Virus record (IMG/VR): IMGVR_UViG_3300002143_000235
Location: 124,001 to 188,000 of that record
Length of the DNA stretch: 64,000 nucleotides
Strand: one strand, 5' to 3'
Shown here: one piece after another, positions 37,555 to 47,177 of the stretch
Layout of the letters: every line of letters starts with the position of its first letter
Position numbering within the stretch: the first letter of the stretch is position 1
The notes under the pieces: model-generated
The model's input: only the letters and a program-made list of their open reading frames with translations
Told to the model about the DNA's origin: nothing
The model's database searches: none
Position numbers and translations under genes: made by a program

Positions 37555-38726
37555 TCGTAATTGTGTAAGTTTTTTTCAGGTTCTTTCTTCTTATATGAAG
37601 TTTTTTTAGAATAGTTTATATAGAGTGTATCTGCGCGTTCTTTACTAAAAAATGGTATGAGTGTTTTCCAATGACATGGTAAAACTTGCATTAGTTTATT
37701 AAGATCTTTCACATTATTGTTAAACCATAATTTGTATTTATGGGGGTCAAAATTTCCTTTAATAATGTGTTGTAAATATTTTTCCCAGAGAAATACTTTA
37801 TAACCTTTTTTCAACCACTCATCAGCTTTACGTTTTCCGACTTCATCATTATCAAAGAAAAAACGAATATCCAAATCATTCTGTGTGAAAATTCCGTAAT
37901 CAGTATTCAGACCTACCGCTCCAACACTATTTGGCATAAATACAGAATCGGTGTATCCTTCAAAAAGTGTTATAGGGGCTTCAAAATCAATATTCAATAC
38001 ATTGTAGAGATAACTAAGTTTGTTGTAGGAAACACTTTCTACAGGATCTAATTCTTCTTCATATACAGCTTCATATAAATCTTTGAATGACCAAACACGG
38101 AATCGTCTATCTATGCCAGTTTTAAGGTTACGTTCCTGCATACCTAATATTTTATCATCTTTTTTATTTAAAAAAACAACATAAGGTTCACTAAATTTAC
38201 CTCTAACTTTTAGTCCTTCATAAAAGTGTGTTTGAATAATATCTTTTGGCATTCCACGATCAAGTAAATATTGATAAACTTTTGAACCGAATCGAACTGG
38301 TGTAAAATTCTTAATCGTTCCGTTTGGTGAGTCCATCCATTCTTTAAGATCTTTCATTTCAATAAGCTTATCAAAATTACTGATAAACCATGCATCGTCT
38401 TTTTCCTGGTAGAAGTGAAACTGAGTATCAATGTAATCAATGATTTTCTTTTTCATTGACGGATCGAGGCGAATACCATAGTTCTTACAGAGACCAGTAA
38501 ACGTCGATCGGCAATCCTCATTATGACATTTGTAGTAAAGACTACTCAAGTAAAGATCACCACGTTTCTTAGACATGTCCTTTGCACTGTCTCCACAGAT
38601 TGGACAAGCAAAAGAAATTTTCTCAGCTTTTTTTGTATTAATGACACGCTTCTTTGGATGCGTATGTGCTTGATCCAGAATGACCTGAATATTGCTTATG
38701 ATAAATTCTCTGTCAATTACACTCAT
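37530..38726 (-). CDS. DNA primase (T4 gp61-like)
   Basis: CPICGDS...YKCHNEDC zinc finger and TOPRIM LFEGYTDS, FFFDND..G, KDLN. Start MSVIDRE follows AAAC-N18-TATA (38758-38733). Confidence 0.9.
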   Translation of the reverse strand: MSVIDREFIISNIQVILDQAHTHPKKRVINTKKAEKISFACPICGDSAKDMSKKRGDLYLSSLYYKCHNEDCRSTFTGLCKNYGIRLDPSMKKKIIDYIDTQFHFYQEKDDAWFISNFDKLIEMKDLKEWMDSPNGTIKNFTPVRFGSKVYQYLLDRGMPKDIIQTHFYEGLKVRGKFSEPYVVFLNKKDDKILGMQERNLKTGIDRRFRVWSFKDLYEAVYEEELDPVESVSYNKLSYLYNVLNIDFEAPITLFEGYTDSVFMPNSVGAVGLNTDYGIFTQNDLDIRFFFDNDEVGKRKADEWLKKGYKVFLWEKYLQHIIKGNFDPHKYKLWFNNNVKDLNKLMQVLPCHWKTLIPFFSKERADTLYINYSKKTSYKKKEPEKNLHNYEWTLDIRR

Positions 38727-38890
38727 ACTCTTTATACATTTCAAGAAAAAAATTGTTTAGTGACGGGAACCTTTTCACAAATACTTGTTTATTATAGTAG
38801 AGCTTAACAATAACTGATATAAGAGACCGGGTTTAATATATAATCTTGTATCAGCATTAAAGGCAATTTAAAAAAGGATTTAAAAAATTT

Positions 38891-39547
38891 ATGGAATTTA
38901 CAACAACATCTACGGCTTCCGTTACAGCAAACTACACAATTGTTTCGGAAAAAACAAATTACGAACAACGATTCGAAGAAGTTACCGGTGAAAACTTCAA
39001 TCGTTTTTACGCTAAATACTATCCTAAACTTGTGTGGCATATTCAAAAGATGAATATCAACACAATAGATGCAGAAGATTTAGCGAACAGAGCATTTATG
39101 AATGCTTTAACAAAAATAGACATGTATGATCCCAATTATCATTTTAGTACATGGTTATTTACAGCTGGAAAAAATCTAGCTTACAAATTCAAGACTGATA
39201 GCTCAAAGATCTTTCTTATCGATACAAATGGTGGTTCACACGAAACGAATGATCATGCTTATAGCACATTACAGTATCATTTAGTATCACAACACGACAC
39301 ATCAAATCTTGATTACGATAATATTACAAAACTCAAGTATGAAGCAACACTTGAAGAAATTCAACGTTTAAGTCCAATTTACAAAACCATTGTTACAATG
39401 CGTGATGTTGAAGGATATACTTACGCTGAAATTTGTGAACAATTAGGTATACAACTTCACACAGTGAAGAATCGTTTACACCACGGACGAACAACTATCG
39501 AAAATAAATTAAAAGAAAAGTTCTCTTATATTTACGAGAATTATTAA
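38891..39547 (+). CDS. ECF-type sigma-70 factor
   Basis: Region 2 DAEDLANRAF...FSTWLF..KN and region 4 EGYTYAEICEQLGIQLHTVKNRLHHGR. Confidence 0.88.
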   Translation: MEFTTTSTASVTANYTIVSEKTNYEQRFEEVTGENFNRFYAKYYPKLVWHIQKMNINTIDAEDLANRAFMNALTKIDMYDPNYHFSTWLFTAGKNLAYKFKTDSSKIFLIDTNGGSHETNDHAYSTLQYHLVSQHDTSNLDYDNITKLKYEATLEEIQRLSPIYKTIVTMRDVEGYTYAEICEQLGIQLHTVKNRLHHGRTTIENKLKEKFSYIYENY

Positions 39548-39604
39548 TACATTTTTGCTGATACAAAAGGGAGAAGGATTTCTCCCTTTTTTCATATATA
39601 GTTT

Positions 39605-41098
39605 ATGGAAAAGTCACATGTAAAGATACTTAATAGTAACCCAGTAAAAGCTGAGAATCGTCTCAAAAAAGAGATAGAAAAAATTCAATCACTCATAAAA
39701 AAATATGAGAATGATGAAGATCCTTATTCTAAACTTGAACAAGCTCTTAGAACAATTCGTAACAAAAGTAATGATGCAATTAGATTATGGATTATTGCAA
39801 ATGCTCTTGATAATCTTGAAATGTCTGATATAGCTTTAGAATTTAAAGTAAAAGCTGATGAATTGGGTTACAGTGTGACGGTTGATGAAAAACGAACTTG
39901 GCCAGAAGAACATCACCAATTAATGTTAAATGTTAATTTCAGATCAAATATTTCAATGAGTGATTTTAAAAAGAACATTGAAAGTTTAATTAGTTCATTT
40001 GATGAGACTAATGAAGCTGGAATTATCGATTATAATTTGGAAGCACATTCTGTAAAAAGTGAAATGGATGCTTCAAATGAAACTGCTAGTACAACTGCTA
40101 GTACAACAACTAATGAAGCTGCTGGTATGACAATAAGATTTACTAAAAATGATCTTAATAAAATGGTATTAAATAGTGATTTTTTCTATATCACTGAAGG
40201 TGATAAATATTTAATACGTTCTGAAAAAACATATAACAATGAAAATCTTGGAATTTGGGATTCTTTAAAAGAAGAGTTAACTGTTATTTATGCAAATTTG
40301 TTAAAGTGGCTTAAACAAAATTCTTATATTAATTCTAATCATAATGAGGGTCAAGAGTTTATTTATAATGAAAAAGATCTTCAACCTTGGAGCATGTTTC
40401 AACAAACATCTGATGAAGAACGTGCTAAACCAGAATATACAACAACGGCAGTTTTAAAAATGACACAAGACGTTCCTATCTTACGTTTTGCTTATTCACA
40501 ACTTACAAGTGGTGATAATGATAAAGATGCAAAAATGATTTATAATACGTACATCAAGTCTGATGATGATTTAGTTGATAAACTTAAAACTTATGAATCA
40601 TACGTAATGTCTATTTATGAATTTGTAAGCAACTCACCGTATGCTGAAATTGTTTATGATACACTTACGGCATACCAAGTTGAACCATCTGATGAAGATA
40701 CAAAGAAATTATTATCTCTTGTAGTAAACAAAATGACGCGCGCGCTTACAAAGCAGATTGAGTACGAACGTTCAGTATTTGCTCTTTACACATCAGATGT
40801 CAAACAATCACTTTATGATACATTTAAAGATATGGATGTAATTGATATTGTTGAACAATTTAAAAAATCTGGATTTGATATAGACAATGTTGATGCATTA
40901 AATTTTGATGCAGAAAATATATTAAATCTTCCTGATGCTGCAAAAAATCTAGTAAGAGACACAATTAAAAGTGTTGATTATACAGATGCTCTTTATTTAG
41001 ATGATAGCCTTGCAACAATTGTTTATACAACAATGATTGCAATAATTTTAAAAGAAATGGTTGGATTAAGTATTACAAAATCAGAAACAACAATATGA
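39605..41098 (+). CDS. Hypothetical protein (possible internal head protein)
   Basis: Repeated xNE sites and VMSIYEFV. ATATATA upstream. Confidence 0.65.
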   Translation: MEKSHVKILNSNPVKAENRLKKEIEKIQSLIKKYENDEDPYSKLEQALRTIRNKSNDAIRLWIIANALDNLEMSDIALEFKVKADELGYSVTVDEKRTWPEEHHQLMLNVNFRSNISMSDFKKNIESLISSFDETNEAGIIDYNLEAHSVKSEMDASNETASTTASTTTNEAAGMTIRFTKNDLNKMVLNSDFFYITEGDKYLIRSEKTYNNENLGIWDSLKEELTVIYANLLKWLKQNSYINSNHNEGQEFIYNEKDLQPWSMFQQTSDEERAKPEYTTTAVLKMTQDVPILRFAYSQLTSGDNDKDAKMIYNTYIKSDDDLVDKLKTYESYVMSIYEFVSNSPYAEIVYDTLTAYQVEPSDEDTKKLLSLVVNKMTRALTKQIEYERSVFALYTSDVKQSLYDTFKDMDVIDIVEQFKKSGFDIDNVDALNFDAENILNLPDAAKNLVRDTIKSVDYTDALYLDDSLATIVYTTMIAIILKEMVGLSITKSETTI

Positions 41099-41610
41099 TT
41101 ACAACATTGAATGAATGGAAACATGTTAACGAAGTTAATTCAAATAATGTAGTATATCATGGAACTACTCGAAAATTTACATCATTTAAAATTAATTCAG
41201 AAATTAGTACAAACACATATGGTGGTACAACTGATCAAGCATTAGGTATTTTTTTTACTGATAATATTATAATGGCAAAATGGTTTGCAGGTTTAATAGA
41301 ATATAGTTTAAACTATGATAAATATGTTAAAACTGATAATACTAATGGTCAAATAATATCTGCAAAATTAAATATGAAGAATCCATGGATTCTTAAAGAC
41401 CATATTGATGATATTGATGTAGATGATCCAGGACAAACATATTTTCAAACTGTTGATAGTATGGGTGGTGGTGAAAATATGCGTAAAACTTTACAAGAAC
41501 AAGGTTACGATGGTGTAATTGTTAATAATATGAACACAAATTATTATGCTGATGGTGATTATAATATTTATGTTGTATTTAATACATCTGATATAAATGT
41601 AATCAAATAA
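41095..41610 (+). CDS. ADP-ribosyltransferase-fold protein (ART-PolyVal-like)
   Basis: VVYHGT...F, GIFFTDN..MA.WFA, LQEQGYDGVI and YVVFN..DI. N-terminus MITTLNEW. Confidence 0.7.
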   Translation: MITTLNEWKHVNEVNSNNVVYHGTTRKFTSFKINSEISTNTYGGTTDQALGIFFTDNIIMAKWFAGLIEYSLNYDKYVKTDNTNGQIISAKLNMKNPWILKDHIDDIDVDDPGQTYFQTVDSMGGGENMRKTLQEQGYDGVIVNNMNTNYYADGDYNIYVVFNTSDINVIK

Positions 41611-42015
41611 TTAGAATTTGTTCTTCTTCTTCTGATTACATTTATAGCATAGAACCTGATAATTTTTCATAGTATTTGATCCACCTTTTGATTTGGGCCA
41701 GATATGATCTTTTGTAATCATTACTTCTTCACCATTTTCATCGATAGCATAAAGATTAAAGTGAAATCGTGGTTCAATTGCTTGTTTGTGATTGAAGTTA
41801 GCATCACGTTCTTTACGAAAAAATGTTCCTTCAAGTCCACAATCCACACATACGCATCCATCACGTTTGAAAAGATAATATCGTTGTGAATCCATTTTAA
41901 TAGGATCTCCATCAAAATCAACAATTCTTTTTTTATTTGTTGCATCAATACTGTTCATAGCATCAAAAATCTGCTTTACAGTATATGATTCTTTTTTGAT
42001 GTAATTAGTCTTCAT
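41611..42015 (-). CDS. HNH endonuclease
   Basis: CVDCG...TKDHIWPKSKGGSN...NYQVLCYKCNQKK. Confidence 0.85.
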   Translation of the reverse strand: MKTNYIKKESYTVKQIFDAMNSIDATNKKRIVDFDGDPIKMDSQRYYLFKRDGCVCVDCGLEGTFFRKERDANFNHKQAIEPRFHFNLYAIDENGEEVMITKDHIWPKSKGGSNTMKNYQVLCYKCNQKKKNKF

Positions 42016-42236
42016 AAATTGATAAGCTTTACAAAATGTTCTTCAACATACGATGCATGAATATGACATTTATCATTTACATATGCACCACAAACCGTAA
42101 ACATAAATGGAACTTTACTTTGAAGTGCAAGAACGCGGGTATGATTGCGAATAGTTTGATCGTCTGGTAGAGTTGTTGATACTCTTTCCTCAATCATTTC
42201 GGTGAAAAGTTTATTACAATTTTTAGCTACTGACAT
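42012..42236 (-). CDS. Hypothetical protein
   Basis: Host-type promoter at 42273-42280 (minus). Confidence 0.6.
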   Translation of the reverse strand: MSVAKNCNKLFTEMIEERVSTTLPDDQTIRNHTRVLALQSKVPFMFTVCGAYVNDKCHIHASYVEEHFVKLINL

Positions 42237-42389
42237 ATCTTATTTATTGATTGCTTTACACAATTTATATCACAAATATACACATAAAGTTTGTATTAAC
42301 GAAATAAATATATCATAAACTTAAATAGATAGTGTTTATATGACTTCTATTACATTTAAAAAATAAAATAGTACGTTTATATAGGTAGA

Positions 42390-42785
42390 TCAATTTGGAA
42401 TCAACACAGGCTCTGTTTCTAATGTTTGTAAATCATGATTTATAAACTGTGACGGTATGATATCAATTCCTAGACGTTTGGCACTATTGATAATAAAAAT
42501 TAAAAGAAGTGTACCACCAGGTAAAGGGTTAAGTGCTATAACACCCAAACCAACAAGTTTAAGTGTATCTCTTACAATAATTTTTAATTGTTGTGCTTCT
42601 TCTTTTGTCAGTTCACCTGTACGAATATAATCAGCTATAATTTCACGTGCACTATCATTAAATGCAAATTGTTTTTTAAGCTTTGCAAAAAAAATATTGA
42701 ATTGTTTCTTATATTTAGTTAACAAATCGCCAGCCCAACCTTCAGAAATATATTCTATATTTTTTTTAGTGCGTATATTTTTCAT
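42390..42785 (-). CDS. Hypothetical protein, LETM1-like segment
   Basis: DTLKLVGLGVI..PLPGGTLLL...IIPSQF. Confidence 0.55.
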   Translation of the reverse strand: MKNIRTKKNIEYISEGWAGDLLTKYKKQFNIFFAKLKKQFAFNDSAREIIADYIRTGELTKEEAQQLKIIVRDTLKLVGLGVIALNPLPGGTLLLIFIINSAKRLGIDIIPSQFINHDLQTLETEPVLIPN

Positions 42786-43243
42786 TCTTCAGATGTGTTA
42801 TCAAGTGTTTTATCTGGTCCAACACCTTCAGGATCAATTGTAAGGTTTAGTCTTTTTGTATAATAAATACCATCACCAGTCTTCACATTCTTCTTTGGTT
42901 TCTCTTCAGCATGAGATTGTTCATTCGACTCAAACGTACATGTTGCTGCTAGGTTTGGAAATCTACTACATACAAGTTGTGTTACATGTTCAACATTAAT
43001 GTCTGAACCTAATTCAATATCTATTGCTCTACCGTTTCCAGGAGGCTTAACAAGTGCTGCATATTCACTACCACGTTTAATTACATCTACATAGTAATTA
43101 CTAGGTAACTTCTCTTGTAATGCATTTTTAAGTATTAAAGATGCATCTATGTTTATGTTAGAACTCTTTGGCTTAATAATATTAAGACTACCCAAACTAT
43201 TGAGAGAATTTTCATTTATGAATTGATTAAAATCTGTTATCAT
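42782..43243 (-). CDS. Hypothetical protein (MITDFNQFINE N-terminus)
   Basis: GATATATA upstream on the minus strand (43267-43274). Confidence 0.65.
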   Translation of the reverse strand: MITDFNQFINENSLNSLGSLNIIKPKSSNINIDASLILKNALQEKLPSNYYVDVIKRGSEYAALVKPPGNGRAIDIELGSDINVEHVTQLVCSRFPNLAATCTFESNEQSHAEEKPKKNVKTGDGIYYTKRLNLTIDPEGVGPDKTLDNTSEE

Positions 43244-43296
43244 AACTTTGAGTTACTAATTTAAATTATATATCATCTAAAATGATTTAAAAAGTG

Positions 43297-43332
43297 TGCC
43301 ACATATGTATTATAGGCACATAGTGCACATAT
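43297..43332. repeat. Dispersed intergenic element, copy 2
   Basis: TGCCACATATGTA-N14-TGCACATAT. Confidence 0.65.
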
Positions 43333-43415
43333 AGAAAACAATTTAATATTTTATCAAACTTAGAAGGATGACTTGAATATGATATATAAACTCAACAAAC
43401 TCGTTTTATTCCTTA

Positions 43416-46400
43416 ATGCTTACACCATTGTACAAACCTCTCAAAAAAAATGGGACAACACTTTATGTGTTTCCAGGAGTTGCTGAGGATAAGAATTTTG
43501 AAACACAGAATGACAACTATAAGATGTCACTCTCGCACTTTGTTCTGGTAAACTTTCCGCGTCAAGATGCAATTGAAGGTGTCATGGACTTTGAAACAAC
43601 GTTTTATGATAATGCTACATCAATCGCTCCAGCTACATTTAAAGATCAATTGGTAGAATCATTACGTAATTACGTTGCTAATCATGAAACAACTATTCGT
43701 AATAGTAAAGTAAATGCTAATACATTTTACTATGATACATTTGAGCCTTTTACAACAACAGAAAAAATATTTTGGAAATGGGCATTAAAAACAAAGCTTA
43801 TTGATTTTGAACCGGCTGATACTACAAATGATTATTTTGGTGCCAGTTCAAAATATGATAATACTGGACCATCGGGTAACACATCACATTTTCGTGAATA
43901 TTTATGGAAAGAGCGTATCAATGATACGTATAGTGTTATTAATGCAACAATTGATGGTCTTATTCCATCGCTTACACCAATAATAACAGTTGGTGTTGGT
44001 GAACAATACATCACATTACAATTGAGTAATGGAACAACTTTTAAACCTGGTGATAAAATATTAATTAACAGACCAAATATTGACTCTGTACCAAATTATT
44101 CTACAACACAGTCTTTATTAGTTGTATCGGGTGTTGATACAACAAACTTATCAAACACTAATGACACAATCATGCTTATTGCTGATACATCAGTAATTTT
44201 AGGTGATTTACAACCTCTCAATACACTTGAACTTTACTCAGCATATGAACGATTTGTTCAATATATTGGTGAAATTAGTGGTGTAAATAATGTTCAACTT
44301 GCTGATAGAGCATATACAGAAACATTTGCACATATTTCAGGACAACATGGTTTGACGCCGTATACACTTTGGAATGTAAAGGATGATAACAATTACAAAC
44401 CAAACCTTACATTTCCAATACTAAATGCAGAAATTCAACAAGAGATCCAGGGTGGAGAACATCCAAACAATCCAATTCTTGTTGATCCATCATTATATCC
44501 GGGTGATATTTGGGCACAATTTGATAACAACTCTTTTCAGTATAAAACATCTGTTGGTAACGTTGCAACGCGTTCTGGTGCATATTATGGAAACTATGCG
44601 TTGTCTAACATTGCTCCATTCTTGAAATGGCCAGACTTCAGATCTGAAGGACTTGATGGTCTTTCACTTAATTTGAATATTAATGATTATGCGAAAGCTG
44701 TGTCTTATGCACTTCCAATTGATTCATTTAATGAATTTGCTGCAACAGCATTTAACAATACTGCGCCAAAAGATTTTAAATTTAATGCTATTCTTTGGTA
44801 TTATACAATTGAAGATGTTACAGGTACAAATGTAAGAAGTGCAACTAATCTTTATGCTGTTGAATTTCTTGACACTCCAGATAATGACATTGATGTACTT
44901 AAAACTACAATTCCTGAACAAACAAAACTTGTATCTAATGGACTTCAAGATGGTAATGCATTCACATTTACACTTGATACAAATGTTTCAATTGAATCAG
45001 GTACTGAAACACCAGCATTTGACCCAGATAAAGTTTATTCAATGTTTGGAATGGAATTGTATTATGAAGCTCTTACACGTATTACATATTTTAACGATCA
45101 GCTAACAACGTTCTTGAATTCAATGCAAGGATTACGACAACAGGTTGATGGTTTAACTGGACTTGTCTATACACAGGAATCTGTTGATTCTATTCGTTCA
45201 CGTATGAATAATCTTGAGAATTTGCTTACGATTTATTCTACACTTCAAATGGGCGAATCAGATACAATTATACCGTATCTTGATACATCTGTTACACCAG
45301 CTGTTGTTCGATTAAACAGTATTGATAAGCAGTACGGTTTTGTTTATCAATTTAGTACAAAGGATATGTTTACTGAGGTATTGAATGCCAATACGCTTAC
45401 AGAAATTGTACCAGTTCCAAAAGAAATTAAAGTTGTGAATGGTAAAGATTTTCTTGTTGTAATAAACAACAACGATAACTCTTCACCAGCTCAACCATAT
45501 GATACAACTATTGAGCAAGATAAATTATCAATCACGCTTGAAAAGGATTTGTTCTACAAACAGAAAATAGATATTATTATACAACCAAAAATTAATCCAG
45601 TACTTTCGGGTTCAACTGTGCCTGTTTCACCATTTGGAGATAAAAAACTTGATTTTTACATTAATTATGATGATGGTATAACTATATCACAACAATTAGT
45701 AAAAACGTTTGATTTACCGGTTCTTGTTAACTGGGATGGTACAAATGAATTTAACGAGACACATACACAATATTCTGACAATGTTCCAACATGGAAAGTA
45801 CGTAATGTTTTCTACTCGAAGGCTAATACAAACGACCGTATTTTTTCATTTGTAATTGAAGATGATCTTATTAGTCGTATTGATGTAACTGATCGTTCAT
45901 TTATTGAAAGACTTTCTCGTGTATTTATTGAAAATTTTCTTATTGAAAAAGAACCAGCTGCACCTACAAACGCATATACAGATTTGTCTGGACAATATGT
46001 AGTATACAATACTTTAAATAATCCATCATACATAAGAGCTGAAGTAGTAGATATTGAAATTGTAGATGCTGGTACAGGTTATCCTTCAGGTACACTTGTC
46101 AATTATCCGGGTCTTACAAATATTAATATCCCAGGTGTTACTATAAGTGTAGATGCAAGAGCAAATACTTCAGGTTTCATCAACGAGGTGTATTTAAGTA
46201 CAGAAAATGGATTGATAAATCCAGATGATATTACAGCTCCTGGTGTTTTTACAATTCCTGGTGGTGCAAAAGTACGTCCAGTAATTAAACGTGTTACACG
46301 TATTGATATTGGTGTGAACATCAATATCAATCAAGATATGTTTGTGCTTTTGACAAACTATGACAACGTTACTGATGTAAACACACTTCCTACTGGTGTT

Positions 46401-46547
46401 TATAGAAACATTGATAAGTATGTATATTCTATGCCAAATCTTACATTCCTTAGAGGATTCAAACTTTCTATGGTTCGAATCAGTGATACTGTAGTACCTT
46501 TTAATAATATCGAACAGCGATACAGTATTCAAATTGAAAAAATTTGA
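43416..46547 (+). CDS. Large virion structural protein (1043 aa)
   Basis: Starts the baseplate gene block. Contains a short coiled coil and a GTGY fiber-like motif. Confidence 0.65.
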   Translation: MLTPLYKPLKKNGTTLYVFPGVAEDKNFETQNDNYKMSLSHFVLVNFPRQDAIEGVMDFETTFYDNATSIAPATFKDQLVESLRNYVANHETTIRNSKVNANTFYYDTFEPFTTTEKIFWKWALKTKLIDFEPADTTNDYFGASSKYDNTGPSGNTSHFREYLWKERINDTYSVINATIDGLIPSLTPIITVGVGEQYITLQLSNGTTFKPGDKILINRPNIDSVPNYSTTQSLLVVSGVDTTNLSNTNDTIMLIADTSVILGDLQPLNTLELYSAYERFVQYIGEISGVNNVQLADRAYTETFAHISGQHGLTPYTLWNVKDDNNYKPNLTFPILNAEIQQEIQGGEHPNNPILVDPSLYPGDIWAQFDNNSFQYKTSVGNVATRSGAYYGNYALSNIAPFLKWPDFRSEGLDGLSLNLNINDYAKAVSYALPIDSFNEFAATAFNNTAPKDFKFNAILWYYTIEDVTGTNVRSATNLYAVEFLDTPDNDIDVLKTTIPEQTKLVSNGLQDGNAFTFTLDTNVSIESGTETPAFDPDKVYSMFGMELYYEALTRITYFNDQLTTFLNSMQGLRQQVDGLTGLVYTQESVDSIRSRMNNLENLLTIYSTLQMGESDTIIPYLDTSVTPAVVRLNSIDKQYGFVYQFSTKDMFTEVLNANTLTEIVPVPKEIKVVNGKDFLVVINNNDNSSPAQPYDTTIEQDKLSITLEKDLFYKQKIDIIIQPKINPVLSGSTVPVSPFGDKKLDFYINYDDGITISQQLVKTFDLPVLVNWDGTNEFNETHTQYSDNVPTWKVRNVFYSKANTNDRIFSFVIEDDLISRIDVTDRSFIERLSRVFIENFLIEKEPAAPTNAYTDLSGQYVVYNTLNNPSYIRAEVVDIEIVDAGTGYPSGTLVNYPGLTNINIPGVTISVDARANTSGFINEVYLSTENGLINPDDITAPGVFTIPGGAKVRPVIKRVTRIDIGVNININQDMFVLLTNYDNVTDVNTLPTGVYRNIDKYVYSMPNLTFLRGFKLSMVRISDTVVPFNNIEQRYSIQIEKI

Positions 46548-46550
46548 TAA

Positions 46551-47177
46551 ATGGATGCAAAAATAGTATTGACAACATTTGAGGAAGAAATCAAAAAATA
46601 TAAAACTTTATTTTTTGATAAATTACGTGAGCATACAACTGACGGGTGGAAACTCATCTATTGTATTCAAGGAATGACATGGGAAAGTAATTTCTTTTTA
46701 AATTTAAAATTTATATTTTGGTTTGATGAGAAGATGGAAAAATTAACACATCAATCAATTACATACTTATACAGACAGGATGGTGAATATAAAACTATTG
46801 ATCTTACAAATGATGTATTAACACTTATCAATGATATACTAAACAATATAAGTGAAGAAAAAAGTAATAGTGAAATTAGTAGTTTTACTATTAGTGGTAC
46901 AGATAAATTTAATGCTGAATTTAAAGAAATAAACTCTGATCGATTTATTCAAAATCTTCGGTATGAGCCACAAGGTGTAACACCGAGTGCATTGACAACA
47001 TTTACATTTTTTCTTGAAGAAGCTAATGCAGAAAATGTATTAATTCTCAGATATGTAAAAGAAAAATGGATAATAATTAAACCTGAAGCAGAAAATATTA
47101 ATACGACTATGGAGAAAGGTATGACTATAGACGAGATATATAAAGAAGTAGTAAACAGATTGAGTACTGACACGTAA
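46551..47177 (+). CDS. Hypothetical protein
   Basis: ORF coupled to the gp6-like gene. Confidence 0.7.
   Translation: MDAKIVLTTFEEEIKKYKTLFFDKLREHTTDGWKLIYCIQGMTWESNFFLNLKFIFWFDEKMEKLTHQSITYLYRQDGEYKTIDLTNDVLTLINDILNNISEEKSNSEISSFTISGTDKFNAEFKEINSDRFIQNLRYEPQGVTPSALTTFTFFLEEANAENVLILRYVKEKWIIIKPEAENINTTMEKGMTIDEIYKEVVNRLSTDT

Noticed and set aside
43801-46532. Numerous short alternative-frame and antisense ORFs within large genes (also elsewhere in the track)
   Set aside because: They are fully nested in longer, motif-supported CDSs with no independent signals.
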